From Phoronis australis (lineage: Eukaryota > Animalia > Phoronida), in NCBI GenBank assembly GCA_002633005.1, contig NMRA01000085.1, positions 991,520 through 1,055,519 of the forward strand: a DNA stretch of 64,000 nt, given 5' to 3'. A model generated the notes under the pieces. It did no database searches, had not been told where the DNA came from, and worked only from the letters and a program-made list of their open reading frames with translations. Position numbers and translations under genes: made by a program. Each line of letters starts with the position of its first letter. Position 1 is the first letter of the stretch. Below, in pieces: positions 23,515 to 37,133 of the stretch.

Positions 23515-26500
23515 GATGTTAACGTTTAGTAAGAACACAAACTCCTTGGCTGCCATGGAGATGTATTTTTCTGTGTTAATTGCTCTTCCCCTGACCTATA
23601 TTTACTCTCTATGCAATAGTAACCAATGACATAAGCGGCCCAACAAAAGGCTAGCATCTTGGTTCTGCATTCATTTCCACCAATCAAACCCAATATCTTA
23701 CTTGCTATTCACACAGTTGGTGCCAGTTGCTGTGTTCGCTCAATGAAAGTGAACTATTTACCTCAGTCACTTCTTTTTGTTCTATGGATAGCAAATACAC
23801 GCCAAGGGAAGACATTAACACAGGAATTGGCTGTCTATGATAACCAAGCGCCTTTCTGCATGTAACATCAATTGTGATTACTTTCCCCTGTAAGACACTG
23901 TAGTTCTCAAGTTCATGATCTCTATTTTATACAAAGCTTGTCTATTTGAATTTCTGATTGTTAACACTAGTCAGAAATGATAGGTATTTGGCCAATTTCT
24001 GGTCACTCATGACAATGGTGTGGAGACACTGTAAGACAGTGTAGCGTCCTTGTTGCGGGCTTGTGATACATGTCAAATCATGGCGCCCTGTCACTTGCAA
24101 ATTGTAAGAGCAGTTTTGTTCTGCTTTAGAATTTTCAGTGCAATGAACCTTTGAAAAAAGTTATTGTACTGACAACATTCAAAATGTTAAAAACTCAAGC
24201 ATACCTCTTGTAGAATTTTTCTGTCCCAAACTTGCTTTAGCGTAACTTGCCAGGAATTTATCACATCAACGAAGTTGTGTTTAAACGTGTATTTTAAAAT
24301 TTGCAATGTGCGTTTTCATCAACATTTTTAACTGTGTAATTATTTGTTCTGTAGAATTCCATAGGTTTTGTACTTAGTCACCGTTTAGCAATGTGTCTTT
24401 AATGCTTTGCGGTCTAAATAACCAGCATTTGCCGCTTTTGATTTCAATGAAAAATAATACAGATATTTACTAAATATTAACTAATGTGTGGCATAATTTA
24501 TTTTCTCATATTTACATAATTTGATGTTAAGGTACGGCAACTTGTGGAAGTAACCGCTGTGTATCCAATCAAGTCATTTTTTGAGATTAAAGGTTTCGGC
24601 AGGATGTAACGTCTGGTAGCTGAGTGAAGTTTTTAATAGTTCGATTTTAAGTTCAGTTGTCTGGTGAACTGCACTCTTGTACATTAGATCTGAATACCGT
24701 ACTTAAATTTTGGCAGTGTTCGCCTATTGTGCACTTTTGTATTCCCATGTATTCGTTTTCAAACCGCTTGATAGGTATTCATAAAATTTGGTATGTATTG
24801 CCCATAACTTTCATCAATTTGCACTTAGTAGTCTACTTATTCTACTTTGTGGATTTATTTGTAATTTTGAATACTTTGCATTTATAGTAAGGGCTATGTA
24901 TGGTTTTGAACAATTATCACTTTTTAAGGGTTCGGAGTGTTTCATCTAGTGTCAGTTTTAGTTTGATACTCATTGTCTCATGCCATTCTTCCTGTGTGCT
25001 TTGCACATGTAACTGCCCTTTTCCCAATCTTCAGAATCAAGAAAATTTAATGTTGGCATGAATTTCAGTGTCCCAAATTTTATAGACTGTCCCTAACTTG
25101 AGAGTTTTTACTGTAGTTCTATCACAAACAGTGAATGCAAATGATTCTACTCCAATGTTTCAGAGTGAGTCATGCTTTTGCAAATGAGCCCAGAGAACAA
25201 TTTTTTAATCCATCCTTTTAATTGAACAAATCAAGCTTCTGGAATTTTTACGTTATTACATGTGTAAATGTGTACGTTGTTTTAGATATTTTAACGAAGA
25301 ACTTTGCGTGTTAATATTTGCTTTTGGCGAAATTGACATCTCTATTTTTAAACGACTCTAAGGTGCTTGTAAATTGTTTCGCAGTATCTGTACGTTATCA
25401 CTTGTTCAAGGTGAAGTAAATATTTTAATGAAAACTCACCGTTTGTTTTTTCTTCTGCTAGAATTAATTTAACAACATTATTGTGAATTACAATTATATT
25501 TTTTGAATGTGGGAAAGTAATAGTTGATAGCATTGTATCCTTTTTGTGGCCTATCACATAATTATGCTATTATACAAGACCAATGTAATAAGACATGACT
25601 GCTAATTCTGTCAAGTGCAAAAATTGCAATAACTGTTACGCACAGTCTAAGGACCCTTAAAAATGCGTTTCGTTTTTCTAAGCATGGAACAGGCGGTGGA
25701 CTGGACGTGAAAATTTTGAAACATTCTGCAGCAAAATTTTAATTACAGATTGGCTTAGCCACCTCACCAACTTTCCTGTGAATTTCTCATAGTTGTCGGC
25801 CATGATGGGAAGGTAACTCTGCTGATGAGAAATGTGGCAGGGAATTCTGGGTCATTTTGTCTGAATACTTTTGGCACGTACTGTAGATCTTGGCAAATAA
25901 TGGCCGTGATAAGTATCCAACACCCACTGCTGAGCATTTAGCTTTAGCTCATTTTAAAGTGTAAAATCAGTTTTACTGCAATTTTCAGCGTTAAGGGGAT
26001 GAAAATTACATTATTTTTTCTGGCAAAAATTCGGATTTTAGCATGTTGGCGAGGAGAAACAAGAAAGTTCAAAACGAAAGAAAATTTACTGATTTTAATC
26101 CAGGCAAGTTTTTGCGAAAAGGGCAAAGCTGTCGAGAACTGAGAGTGAAAGTATGAAGTATGTGCTGTGAAAATGGAGCAGAGGCTATACCTTAAATGTA
26201 AGTTTTAAATCGGTTTAAAAAACAGTAAGGGCAATGGTCTAATTGTTTTGCGAAACCAAACTCAAAATTATTGTTGACATATTTTGCTCCGACTGCTTTA
26301 ATACAAACTCCATTATTCTGTACTCCTGGGTGAATGTCCCAATTATTCTTTGCAAATTAATTGAATTCCTTGACAATAATGAATAAATAAGAAAATAATC
26401 GAGGACATGTTTACGTCTTCAAAATGTGGTTATAACCTAACGACGCATTTCCCTGGAAACGTAAAAACAGCATGCAACACTCCCAAACATTAGGCTGCGC

Positions 26501-28220
26501 ATTTACATCCGACTATGAGGACGTACTAATATAGGCCAATAGGCAAGCGAATTCAGTTACGTTTTTTCCTTTAGAGTGTCTTGTTCTGTATTATCCATAC
26601 GACGCTATGATAAACATTCAGTGAAATTCATAGATGTAAGGAAGTCGATACAAGTATTCAACATTTAATGAATCTTAACACAACCAAGTCCCTAACAATC
26701 ATAGCTTAAGAACATTTTAACTCACAAAATATTAAATGTAATCAACCTGCAATAATCACATTTCACAGGTGGAATTGAATTAATTTTGCACTTTCTATTT
26801 TATGTGGTAGCATTTAGGTTCCCTCAAGTTCTCTTTTCTCTTTACAACTCAATCATGATCATCAATATATGGAAATTAGCAAATGTGAAGTAGAAATATG
26901 TAGTTGTCTCCCTTTTTACTACACCTGCCAAAAGTACAACCACAATTCTCTACTTGTTTCGCACAAAATCAATCGCCAAAAGTTTCATTAATATATTTCA
27001 AAGGCTGATTGCTACAGATAACGTAGACTTTGCCAAATGTTCTTCCATGAAATCCACACAGCACAAACCACGCACCATACTAGTAATGAACTAAATTTTT
27101 CTTAATCTTTATTTTTGTGGACAAATTTGACACGCTAGAATTTCTCTTGTCGGACATACTGTGGGCTAAATAAGTGAAACTCCTGTAATCGTACAAAATA
27201 CTTTTCCGTGACGACGAAGGTAACTGACACAAACCGATGGCGAAGACCACTTGCATTCAGTCAAAATTATTAGAAATTCGGGGTACAGTTTTGGGGTGTG
27301 CTCTAAAATGTCTAAATTTCAGATCCAGGTTTTTAAAAATTATCAAAAAGTCACATTCACAAAGTGTTATCTGTTGTAAAATTATGAGCGCCAAAATGGT
27401 TGGATTATCACTGACACAGTAGAAACTGCTTTCATATTCAAGGATATAACATCGACGAATGCCACTTGGAAGAAACTTTGTGTAAAGCTGCTCTTCCTAA
27501 ATGCAACAATGACCAAATGTTTTAAGCAAAAATCCTCAGAAAGATCCTGGTTTAGAACCAAAATCAAAAAAATACGTCTGCCGCATGTCATTACATGAGA
27601 CTGGCTAACCAATTGACTTTAAAAACCTCAAAAGAAATTTGCTTTAACATCATTAGATATGCAAAGTTTGGCTAAAATACGTCTATCAAAGTTTTCAATT
27701 AGAACACACTTCAGATACGATCAATTAACCGTTTAACAACTTCTACAATAAATGTGGCTTGATTTAAGTTCACAAAATTATTCACAAACAATCTGAATAC
27801 TCATATGTAATTCTTATCAAATGATTCCAAAAAATTCAAATATCTGATTTACAAAAACAAACACAAATTAATGCTGACCAAAAACTACATAACAACGTTT
27901 TTTTCAAAACCTTATCTGACAATGCCTTAGGTGAAGTTCAAATCAATGAACCAGCAGTGTCTGCCATAAGTTAAATGGAATGAAAATATGAATCTAATTT
28001 TGTGTGGTCGCACTGCATGGCACAACCTTTGACATCACAACTTGATAAATTACTTATACCTATGTCAATGCACCCTTAACTTGATCATCATGACCTTTGA
28101 CCTAGGCATGACCCTTGACTGATAATTGTGGCAAAATTATGAGGTATCAAATTAGACGAGTATTACAGATGCTGGGCTTAAATCCTGAGACTGAATGCGC
28201 TAAGACTTTCAACGCAACGT

Positions 28221-29594
28221 TTACTGCATATCCTCAGGCAAATTGTATGCGTCCAACATGTACTGAGCATATAATCTTGCCTTGTCCTTATATGGCTGTT
28301 GATCTTCCGCTGACATACTACGCCAGACTTGACCCATTAGTTTACTGATGGACGAAGTTGGAATGCCTGGCCTCTCTTTGATATAAGACCTTCTGTTGAG
28401 CCGACTGAACATCATGAAACCGTTCATCCATGAAGTTTTCCGCAGATCAATTCTGCTATCCAGCTTTTTCCGCTTCTCAGGAGGTTCTTCGGAAGATTGC
28501 TTTTCACATCTTTTTCCAATGGAAGCACATCGCGCATGCCGTTTCTTCTTCTCAGTAGTTTTATATCTTGACTGTAAAGTGGCATCAACGCAGTTGGAGG
28601 ATTCGGCGATTGGTAGATTGTGCACTTGTACTTTTGGAGCCGTACGGACAGTGCAGTGAACTATTTTGGGCGAGGGAACCTTTCGTGATGACTCTGTGGA
28701 AGCATGGCCCAGAGATGAAGATTCACCAGTACTACACAAAGGTGAAGAGAATGAGATACCAGTTTCTATGTCAGACAAGGATTGGGATGAACAGGCATCA
28801 TAACAACTGGACTCACTGAGTGACCGCTGGGTAAAGCTTCCTTTAGCGGTTGTTCCAAATTTGACCGATGGCTGCTGCGAATGACGGAACTGGGTTAACA
28901 AGTGATTGTTCATGTTTTTCAAAGTTTTGTCTATGTCGATTGTTTCCAGGAACTGACAAGCCTCTGCTACAACTGGGTGTATATCTGTTGAATCTTGCTC
29001 TTGTTCTGAGAGATAACATGTCAAGAACAATCCATATTTGCTAGCATCAAAGCCAACATCCGCTCCAAGATTGCGCACTGTATTTTCAAGAAATGTTATA
29101 TAATCAATGACTCTTTGCATAATGACCACTTTGGTTTCTCGTTGATTTTCATTGTGGCCGGGAACCTTCCTTGACAGACGTACGATAGCATAATTTAACC
29201 CCTGGTGGCGGTTCCTCTCGTTCTCCCTGTGCCTTTTCATCATTCTACTTAACGTTCTGGGGGTTCGTTGTCGCTCTCTCGTCTTGTTACGCGACTGTTT
29301 ACCGTCAGGGGTTCCAAAACACACGTTTTTATAACGCCTGCGCTCTGGAGAGGCAAAATCGAGTCCACTAGTTAGAGTTCCAACAGGAGCACCGCTGGAC
29401 AAATCCTGAAAACAAGGGCACTGATGGCATGGCGAGGTTTCAATCACTATTTCCGGGCTGACTTCTACGATCACTTGGTCAGGTTCCGTTTTGACACCTT
29501 GGGTTACAAATTCGGGCTGCCCATAAAGAGATTCCTCGCAATTCCATAAACCAGAATCTTCACCACTTGAGCTGCAGTCGTCATGGTAACTCAT
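28221..29594 (-). CDS. MEIOSIN: Meiosis initiator-like protein (bHLH + HMG-box), intronless CDS, 457 aa
   Basis: Uninterrupted ORF. bHLH RHRENERNRHQGLNYAIVRLSRKVPGHNENQRETKVVIMQRVIDYITFLE, then a Ser-rich linker, then a C-terminal HMG box WMNGFMMFSRLNRRSYIKERPGIPTSSISKLMGQVWRSMSAEDQQPYKDKAR that resembles the MEIOSIN/BHMG1 pattern NGFIMFCRMNRKQYI. Confidence 0.85.
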   Translation of the reverse strand: MSYHDDCSSSGEDSGLWNCEESLYGQPEFVTQGVKTEPDQVIVEVSPEIVIETSPCHQCPCFQDLSSGAPVGTLTSGLDFASPERRRYKNVCFGTPDGKQSRNKTRERQRTPRTLSRMMKRHRENERNRHQGLNYAIVRLSRKVPGHNENQRETKVVIMQRVIDYITFLENTVRNLGADVGFDASKYGLFLTCYLSEQEQDSTDIHPVVAEACQFLETIDIDKTLKNMNNHLLTQFRHSQQPSVKFGTTAKGSFTQRSLSESSCYDACSSQSLSDIETGISFSSPLCSTGESSSLGHASTESSRKVPSPKIVHCTVRTAPKVQVHNLPIAESSNCVDATLQSRYKTTEKKKRHARCASIGKRCEKQSSEEPPEKRKKLDSRIDLRKTSWMNGFMMFSRLNRRSYIKERPGIPTSSISKLMGQVWRSMSAEDQQPYKDKARLYAQYMLDAYNLPEDMQ

Positions 29595-29689
29595 AGTACT
29601 TTCAAAAGTCCACTATGGCCAATTATGAAATAGGAATTCTACAGCACTGAAATGCCTCTGCTATACTTGACCTCAGTACTATTCCCGCT

Positions 29690-29790
29690 CAGGAGTGACG
29701 TAAACATCATGTGTCCGCACGAGCGCCACCACCTCGTTCGTGCGCGTGACTTGATCTCTCAGAGGCTGCACGTGCTCTCTAGACGTAGGG
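29690..29790 (-). promoter_or_regulatory. Putative proximal promoter of the MEIOSIN-like gene
   Basis: Locally CpG-rich patch 100-200 bp upstream of the ATG, with CRE-like TGACGTAA (29696-29703) and E-box CACGTG (29769-29774). Confidence 0.35.
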
Positions 29791-30217
29791 ATCATACCCC
29801 GGAACTTGTCACACAGCGTAGGCGTTGTTTAAAAATTTTATTTTTTCAAATCTTTCTAACACAAAACGAAGTCTTTCTAATACACTATTTAGCCCCATGG
29901 AGTGCGCCAAAATAAGAAATTATTATTTTTTCAACGAATGTTTGCTCAATTAGTGTTTCGCATGCAGCCTCACTAAAGACACTGGCGTCAATCATGTTTC
30001 TCAAAGCATAAAGACGACGAATACGTACGTTGACGTACGCTAGTTAATGTCACAGAGATTTTCTGTAAATGATTTTTTCTTTTTAAAAGTAGGTCTACAG
30101 TGCACAAAAAATGACATAGTCAAAAAGCGAACCATGATAACGTTCTATACTTCGTGGAAATCGTTCAGCTTTTGTCCTGGACAAAAATGACAATTTCAAG
30201 CTACTCTCCTGGCCTTT

Positions 30218-33200
30218 GATTCACACAACAGTTAGCGCCATAAAATTGGTATCTAATTGTTCGCGATGATACGTAATTCCTTGGTTTGCAAAGAACTGGC
30301 GGTTCGATTCTGAAAGGACGTGACAAGCCAGCCTGGAGAGCCAGGTTTCCACCAATAACGATCTGTCAGTTCGTTCGAAGCCCNACAAGCCCGTTTACGT
30401 TTTTTTTTTTGGTCAAAAGGTCCGCAACCCCAAAAAATTGGAGACCCCTGCATCCCTACATTTTAGGCTGGGCGCACATCTGCCGAAATTCTGGTTATTT
30501 CCTGTGCCCTGCCCTTCCCCCTTAACTCAAAATCCTGGATCCGCCCCTGAACAGGAGGCGAGCTTTATATTCCCTTTAAGTGTTTTTGTCCGTCTTTTGT
30601 ATTTTCAGTTTTGATGTCAAATCGAATAATAACCCTAAGCCTACTCAAGTGTTTCGCGCGCGCCAACATCCTCTCAGGAGAGAAAATCGGAAAGAGGAAC
30701 TAAGGGAACCTCGACGACGAACACTCGCGAGCGTTTGTATGTCAAGCTGAACAAGAGCAAATATACATAACGAAGGTGAAAATGCATATTTGCGGCTCTG
30801 CTCTCTGTTTTCAAAAAAAATCAGGCAGATAAAATCGTCTTTTAGCGTTGTGCCTGAAATTTTTTGTTCCGCTCAAATTCAGTGATGCGCAGTGACGCGG
30901 TTGGTCGCAGGGTCGCGATGTCGGTCGGTGGAGCCCATCGCATTTTCCTCACCTAGATTAATTAGCAGCCAATCAAGGAAAACCTTCCTACGCCAATGAT
31001 TTTTACTCATTTAAAGATACTGGACAAGAATTTGGTGATTAAGAGGGTTAAAATTCAAATTGAGGCGGTTTTTGTATGTTATATATTGAAAGAAACTTCA
31101 CGATCTTTGATCCAGAATAAAAATTCCCAAAACAGCGTATCCTGGCTTGCAGTCCCTAATAATAATCGCGGAATATGCGAATCGGTGTCCCCATAAAAGT
31201 TCGAGACGTTCAAATTAATGCTAGAAGTTAACTGAACACACTTCTCTAAAACACAAAATTATCAAACTTGTAAACACTTGTCTCCAAAAAATGAGGAAGC
31301 ATCTATTGTGTCGTGAATTGTACAGTGTCGATACAGTAGGTCATTACATAGATTGCTTAGGACTTTACAAAGCAGCTTGTAAATAAATTCATTTCTTTAG
31401 AAAGTAAGAATTAATTATCCTGACACATGCAGTGTGTGTTACCGTAAACAAGAGACACTGGAACACATTTTTACAATTGTTAATTGTTACTAAAGAAAGT
31501 GACTCCGAAACTTGAATAACAATAATCATGACAAAGAGACAAATGAACACCTGCTCCGTCATTGTCAACATTCGAGAATGAAAAAGCGGACAGCTGGTTT
31601 GAAAAGCGGGACTTCCGGACAAAAAACTAAGCATCCGGGTCTATGCCAAACGCAGGGATGAAACTTCCGCTGCAACACACAAAGACGTCCCGGGAGTGTT
31701 TTTTTTTTGTCGAACAGAAGACGTTACACCCAAAAGCTACCGACGGTATAAGTGACGGAATGTGGGATCATTTTGCGGATATGAGGCAGATCACTTATCA
31801 TGTTGTTAAAAAAACTGATCCCAATTGATTCCACACTCAGATTAGAAGGGATTTCTGGGGTTGGGAAATTTTGATAAAGCTCATTCAATGCTCAGGCTCA
31901 ATAATTTGACTTGTCACCGTGGGTCTGTTTATGGGCCGAGTTGGAATTTAATTGTGCTGTAAGTTTTTCCCACTATCCCAAACGTCATTACTTAACAAAA
32001 TAATTAGGGACAAGTTTTGACCAGTTTATTGCTGTAAGCTAGGAACCAGTAAGTACTGGTTCCTAGCTGTGAGTTATCTAAATCAAAAATTTACATTATC
32101 ACATGAGCGGTTCATTGCATCTTAGGGAAAATTGTTTGCATACATTCTACATGGAAACTACGTGCGTGTCACTTAGACACATCGGGAACACTTCTGATAT
32201 TTTCATGGCTCCACATTTTCCCTGAGATATGTTTCATAAGAGCGAACTTCGATCATACTGTCAACCATTATTCTGTTAAAAGTCACTTGACTTGCCTATG
32301 ACTGAAGTTTGCACATACGCAGATACGAAACAACTGGGGAGACCATGGACAATACCAGTGACCCGGATGTTTTGCTGAGTTTGAGTGTGAAGAAAATGCA
32401 TCAACAACAGAAGTTCAACCATGTCTTACATACTTCAGTAAGGTGCCTCAAAGATGACATCGTGCGTTTATTTTTTTTGTTTTTTTTTTAGTTGTCTGAG
32501 GATCTCGAGATCCCGACTTAATTATCTCGGGATCGCGAGATCCCGACTTAANGATTCACACAACAGCTAGCGCCATAAAATTGGTTCGCTATGATACGTA
32601 GTAATTCCTGGGTTTGCAAAGAACTGGTGGTTCAATTCTGAAGGGTCGTGACAAGGCAGCCTGGAGAGCCAGGTTTCCACCAATAACGATCTGTCAGTTC
32701 GTTCGAAGCCCTCAGAATCACCTCCAATTTGATTATACAATTCGAAACCATGCAATGACGGTACCATTTGGCAGTTCGGGTGCGAATTGCTGATTAGCAC
32801 CGACATGATCGCAACCAGAGGGGCTCGGAGTGTGAATAAACAATGCATAGGTCCTGAACAAACCCCGTTTACGGTTTTATTTTTGGTCAAAAGGTCCGCA
32901 ACCTCAAAAATTCGAGACCCCTGCATCCCTACATTTTAGTCTGGGCGCACATCTGCGGCGAAATTCNAACTCAAAATCCTGGATCCGCCCCTGAACAGGA
33001 GGCGAGCTTTGTAGTCCCTGTAAGTGTTTTTGTCCGTCTTTTGTATTTTCAGTTTTGATAATTGGTCAAATCGAATAATATTACTCAAGTGTTTCGCGCG
33101 CGCCAACATCCTCGCAGGAGAGAAGATCGGAATGAGGAAGTAAGGGAAACCTCGACGACGAACACTCGCGAGCGTTTGTATGTCAAGCTGAACAAGAGCA

Positions 33201-34966
33201 AATATACATAACGAAGGTGAAAATGCATATTTGTGTCTCTGCTCTCTATTTTCAAAAAACATCAGTTAATATCGTCTTTTAGCGTTGTGACTGAAATTTT
33301 TTGTTCCGCTCAAATTCAGTGATGCGCAGTGACGCTGTTGGTCGCAGGGTCGTGACGTCGGTCGGTGGAGCCCATCACATTTTCCTCGCCTAGATTAATT
33401 TGCAACCATTCAAAGAAAACCTTCCTACGCCAATGATTTATACTCATTTAAAGATGCTGGACAAGATTTTGGTGATTAAGACGGTTAAAATTCAAACTGA
33501 GGCGATTTTTGTATGTTATATATTGAAAGGAACTTTACGATCTTTGATCCAGAATAAAAATGCCCAAAACAGCGTATCCTGGCTTGCAGTCTCTAATGAT
33601 AATCGCGGAATATGCGAATCGGTGGCCCCAGAAAAGTTCGAGACGTTCAAATGCTAGAAGTTGACTGAACACACTTCTCTAAAACACAAAATTATCAAAC
33701 GTGTAAACACTTGTCTCCAAAAAATGAGGAAACATCTATTGTGTAGTGAATTGTACAGTGTCGATACAGTAGGTCATTACATAGGTTGCTTAGGACTTTA
33801 CAAAGTAGCTTGTAAATAAATTCATTTCTTTAGAAAGTAAAAATTAATTATCCTGACACATGCAGTGTGTGTTACCGTAAACAAGAGACACTGGAACACA
33901 TTTTTACTAAAGAAAGTGGCTCCGAAACTTGAATAACAATAATCATGACAAAGAGACAAATGAACACCTGTTCCGTCATTGTCAACATTCGAGAATGAAA
34001 AAGCGGACAGCTGGTTTGAAAAGCGGGACTTCCGGACAAAAAACTAAGCATCCGGGTCTATGCCAAACGCAAGGATGAAACTTCCGCTGCAACACACAAA
34101 GACTTCCCGGGAGTGTTTTTTTTTGTCGAACAGAAGACGTTACACCCAAAAGCTACCGACGGTATAAGTGACGGAATGTGGGATCATTTTGCGGATATGA
34201 GGCAGATCACTTATCATGTTGTTAAAAAAACTGATCCCAATTGATTCCACACTCAGATTAGAAGGGATTTCTGGGGTTGGGAAATTTTGATAAAGCTCAT
34301 TCAATGCTCAGGCTCAATAATTTGACTTGTCACCGTGGGTCTGTTTATGGGCCGAGTTGGAATTTAATTGTGCTGTAAGTTTTTCCCACTATCCCAAACG
34401 TCATTACTTAACAAAATAATTAGGGACAAGTTTTGACCAGTTTATTGCTGTAAGCTAGGAACCAGTAAGTACTGGTTCCTAGCTGTGAGTTATCTAAATC
34501 AAAAATTTACATTATCACATGAGCGGTTCATTGCATCTTAGGGAAAATTGTTTGCATACATTCTACATGGAAACTACGTGCGTGTCACTTAGACACATCG
34601 GGAACACTTCTGATATTTTCATGGCTCCACATTTTCCCTGAGATATGTTTCATAAGAGCGAACTTCGATCATACTGTCAACCATTATTCTGTTAAAAGTC
34701 ACTTGACTTGCCTATGACTGAAGTTTGCACATACGCAGATACGAAACAACTGCGGAGACCATGGACAATACTAGTGACCCGGATGTTTTGCTGAGTTTGA
34801 GTGTGAAGAAAATGCATCAACAACAGAAGTTCAACCATGTCTTACATACTTCAGTAAGGTGCCTCAAAGATGACATCGTGCGTTTATTTTTTTGTTTTTT
34901 TTTTTAGTTGTCTCAGGATCTCGAGATCCCGACTTAATTATCTCGGGATCGCGAGATCCCGACTTA
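30218..34966. repeat. ~2.35-kb tandem duplication joined by N (probable haplotype assembly artefact)
   Basis: 30218-32551 is repeated from 32553. n at 32552 marks the junction, and further single Ns at 30384 and 32968 mark complementary missing pieces. Confidence 0.85.
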
Positions 34967-36622
34967 ATTATCTCGGGATCTATAATTTTCTTCAGTGTGT
35001 CACTGTGCGTAAACAGTCTTCTGGTGCGTCGCATTGTCACACCATCATCTGGATCGACAATAAGAAAGGATGATTTGCACAGTTTTTCGTTTCTCCACAA
35101 AGTCATTTGTGACACATTTGTGGTGCAATAATCTATATCCATGTTGCTGGCCTGGCATCGGTATTTGTTGGTCTACTAATGCAATCACAACACATATGTC
35201 TGAATAATTGTTAGGACGCGCGAGTCCTAGTCTCGACAACAGACTCCGAAGGTGTCTAACGCTAATAATAATACCAAAACGATACCTGAGCATGTCTACA
35301 GTTTCTTTTTGCGCAAGCCCTAAGTTGAAAAGATCTCTAACAGTTTCGTATCTATTCAAACTGGAATATTCTTGGTAACAGAAAACAAGGCCTGTCACGT
35401 GAGATCAATTTTATAGCAGTAAGGGTCCAAATTCTGTTTTTTTTGTTTTTTCAGTCAGCAAAACTAGTAGTACTGCAGTTTTAAGCGGAAGGAATATCTT
35501 TAAAATCATCCCATTAACACCAGACGAGCAAATTTGTTGTAGCCGGGCCTGATAAATCTACGTTCTGTCCCGTATTTCCTGAGATCATGGACTGTTGACA
35601 GAAGGAAGTTCTAAACATAACGACTCTCATTTGTTTCTATGATGCGTCCATATAGCCTACTGACTGTGTGGGTTACTATTGTAAATGGCCTTGATTATTT
35701 GTCCTAGTGATGAAAAATGAGACATCGAAACACGTTGAAGTTGAAAAATCTCGTTTTTATTATTATCTTTCATTACTTTTCTTCGTTATACCCGGTTTCA
35801 CTCCAGATAGGATTGCGTGTGCTTTTACCAACGTCAAAAGTTGAGTCATCTATCTTATTGAGTAAAATGTTGAAAATTTTCCAGTGCAACTTCCATTTGA
35901 ATTACTTGTTAAAGTTGTATGCCCATCACAATGTCATGGCTCAGAAATATGAGGTTTTAAGGAGTACGATTGAAGAGGTGCATTTGCGTGAAATTAGGAA
36001 CCGTCAGCTTTAATATTACAGTTTTACACGGGTGGTAGACACATATTTTTCCACAAATAGTTTACCCTTAGAACTATTATTTTCTGGCACAACTTGTCTG
36101 CAACCCATGTTATATACAGTTGTACAATATACAAAGTCACGTGACATACATCATCTTTTATCAGTTGTCAACAGTCACGTAGCAACTTTAAACTGTTCCC
36201 GTCGAATTTTGAGGGCTCCTCTTGAGTTTCTGAGTTATTATCCTTGTCCAACTGAGGCCGGCCCAAACCCCTGGAACTTTTGTGGTTTTTTTGTTGTGCC
36301 GTTTTTTGTTTTTTAACTTTTGTGTTTTTTTGTTGTGCCGTTTTTTTGTTTTTTTTTTCCTTCGCCGACAGGCCCCCTTAACTGCCACGGGTCCCAGCGG
36401 TGTGGGCCCTCCTGGCCACTTCTTCTCAACGACCCTGACTATGCATTCAGTTTAGTTTGCAATGTGTTTTTATCCGAACTACGATTCAAGAAGTGGAGAC
36501 TGTTGGGCATTTGAAAACAAACTATGTTGATAGAATCGAGATCTCGCGATAATTAAGTCGGGATCTCGAGATCCTGAGATAATTAAAAAAGAAAACCTCG
36601 ATGTCATCTTTGGGCCACCGAA
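34855..36622 (-). mobile_element. Internally deleted IS3EU-like DNA transposon
   Basis: TIRs taaggtgcctcaaagatgacatcg / cgatgtcatctttgggccaccgaa, subterminal repeats gagatcccgacttaattatc inverted at both ends, and a degenerate 6-bp TSD cttcag / ctccgg. Transposase N-terminus at 35010-35398(-): LFNLGLAQKE...ISVRHLRSLLSRLGLAR...GYRLLHHK...TVQIIL / IVDPDDGVTMRRTRRL. Confidence 0.65.
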
Positions 36623-36679
36623 CTCCGGTTATATGTTTGCAACACAAATTTTTTCATAGCATAACATTTTTTTAAAAAA

Positions 36680-36770
36680 TAAGATAGCTGACTCTGAGAA
36701 GTGCTGGTTTAGTATGTGTGAATCTGAAACGTTACAATATATTTTTTACGACTGTGCGATAATAAAAAAA
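36680..36770 (+). mobile_element. L1/Tx1 zf-RVT fragment
   Basis: KIADSEKCWF / CESETLQYIFYDC resembles the CxxC..ETxxHxFxxC zinc knuckle. Confidence 0.4.
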
Positions 36771-37133
36771 ATTCTGTGCTCGCCAGAAGAAAGTGTTATG
36801 ATCTTTTTGATATACTTTTTGGCAATATTTCTAAGTAAAAAGATAAGGTTTTTAAATTGGCTCCAGCTAATACGCACAAAACTCATAACTGTATCAAAAA
36901 ATCAAAATTACTATACTAACATTTTTAGTTTTATCAGGACGTTGAAACATGAAATTTCTTCTTCTGAAAAATGGTAAAACCGAGGAATATAATAAATATT
37001 GGAAAGAGTAATCCTCTCTGGTGATCATCTTTCGCTGCAGCTGAATTGGTGCACTTGCGTGTGCATGTGTGAATGGTTTTCCCCTTTACATCTTTTAATT
37101 TTGTATGTATGCTTGTCTCATCCAATTAGTATT

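Noticed and set aside
29666-29678. STRA8/MEIOSIN-type CNCCTCAG motif upstream of the MEIOSIN-like gene
   Set aside because: The sequence is GACCTCAG, a single mismatched copy expected by chance.
30218-34966. Real segmental duplication of the MEIOSIN upstream region
   Set aside because: The junction is a single N and the divergence pattern fits two haplotypes.
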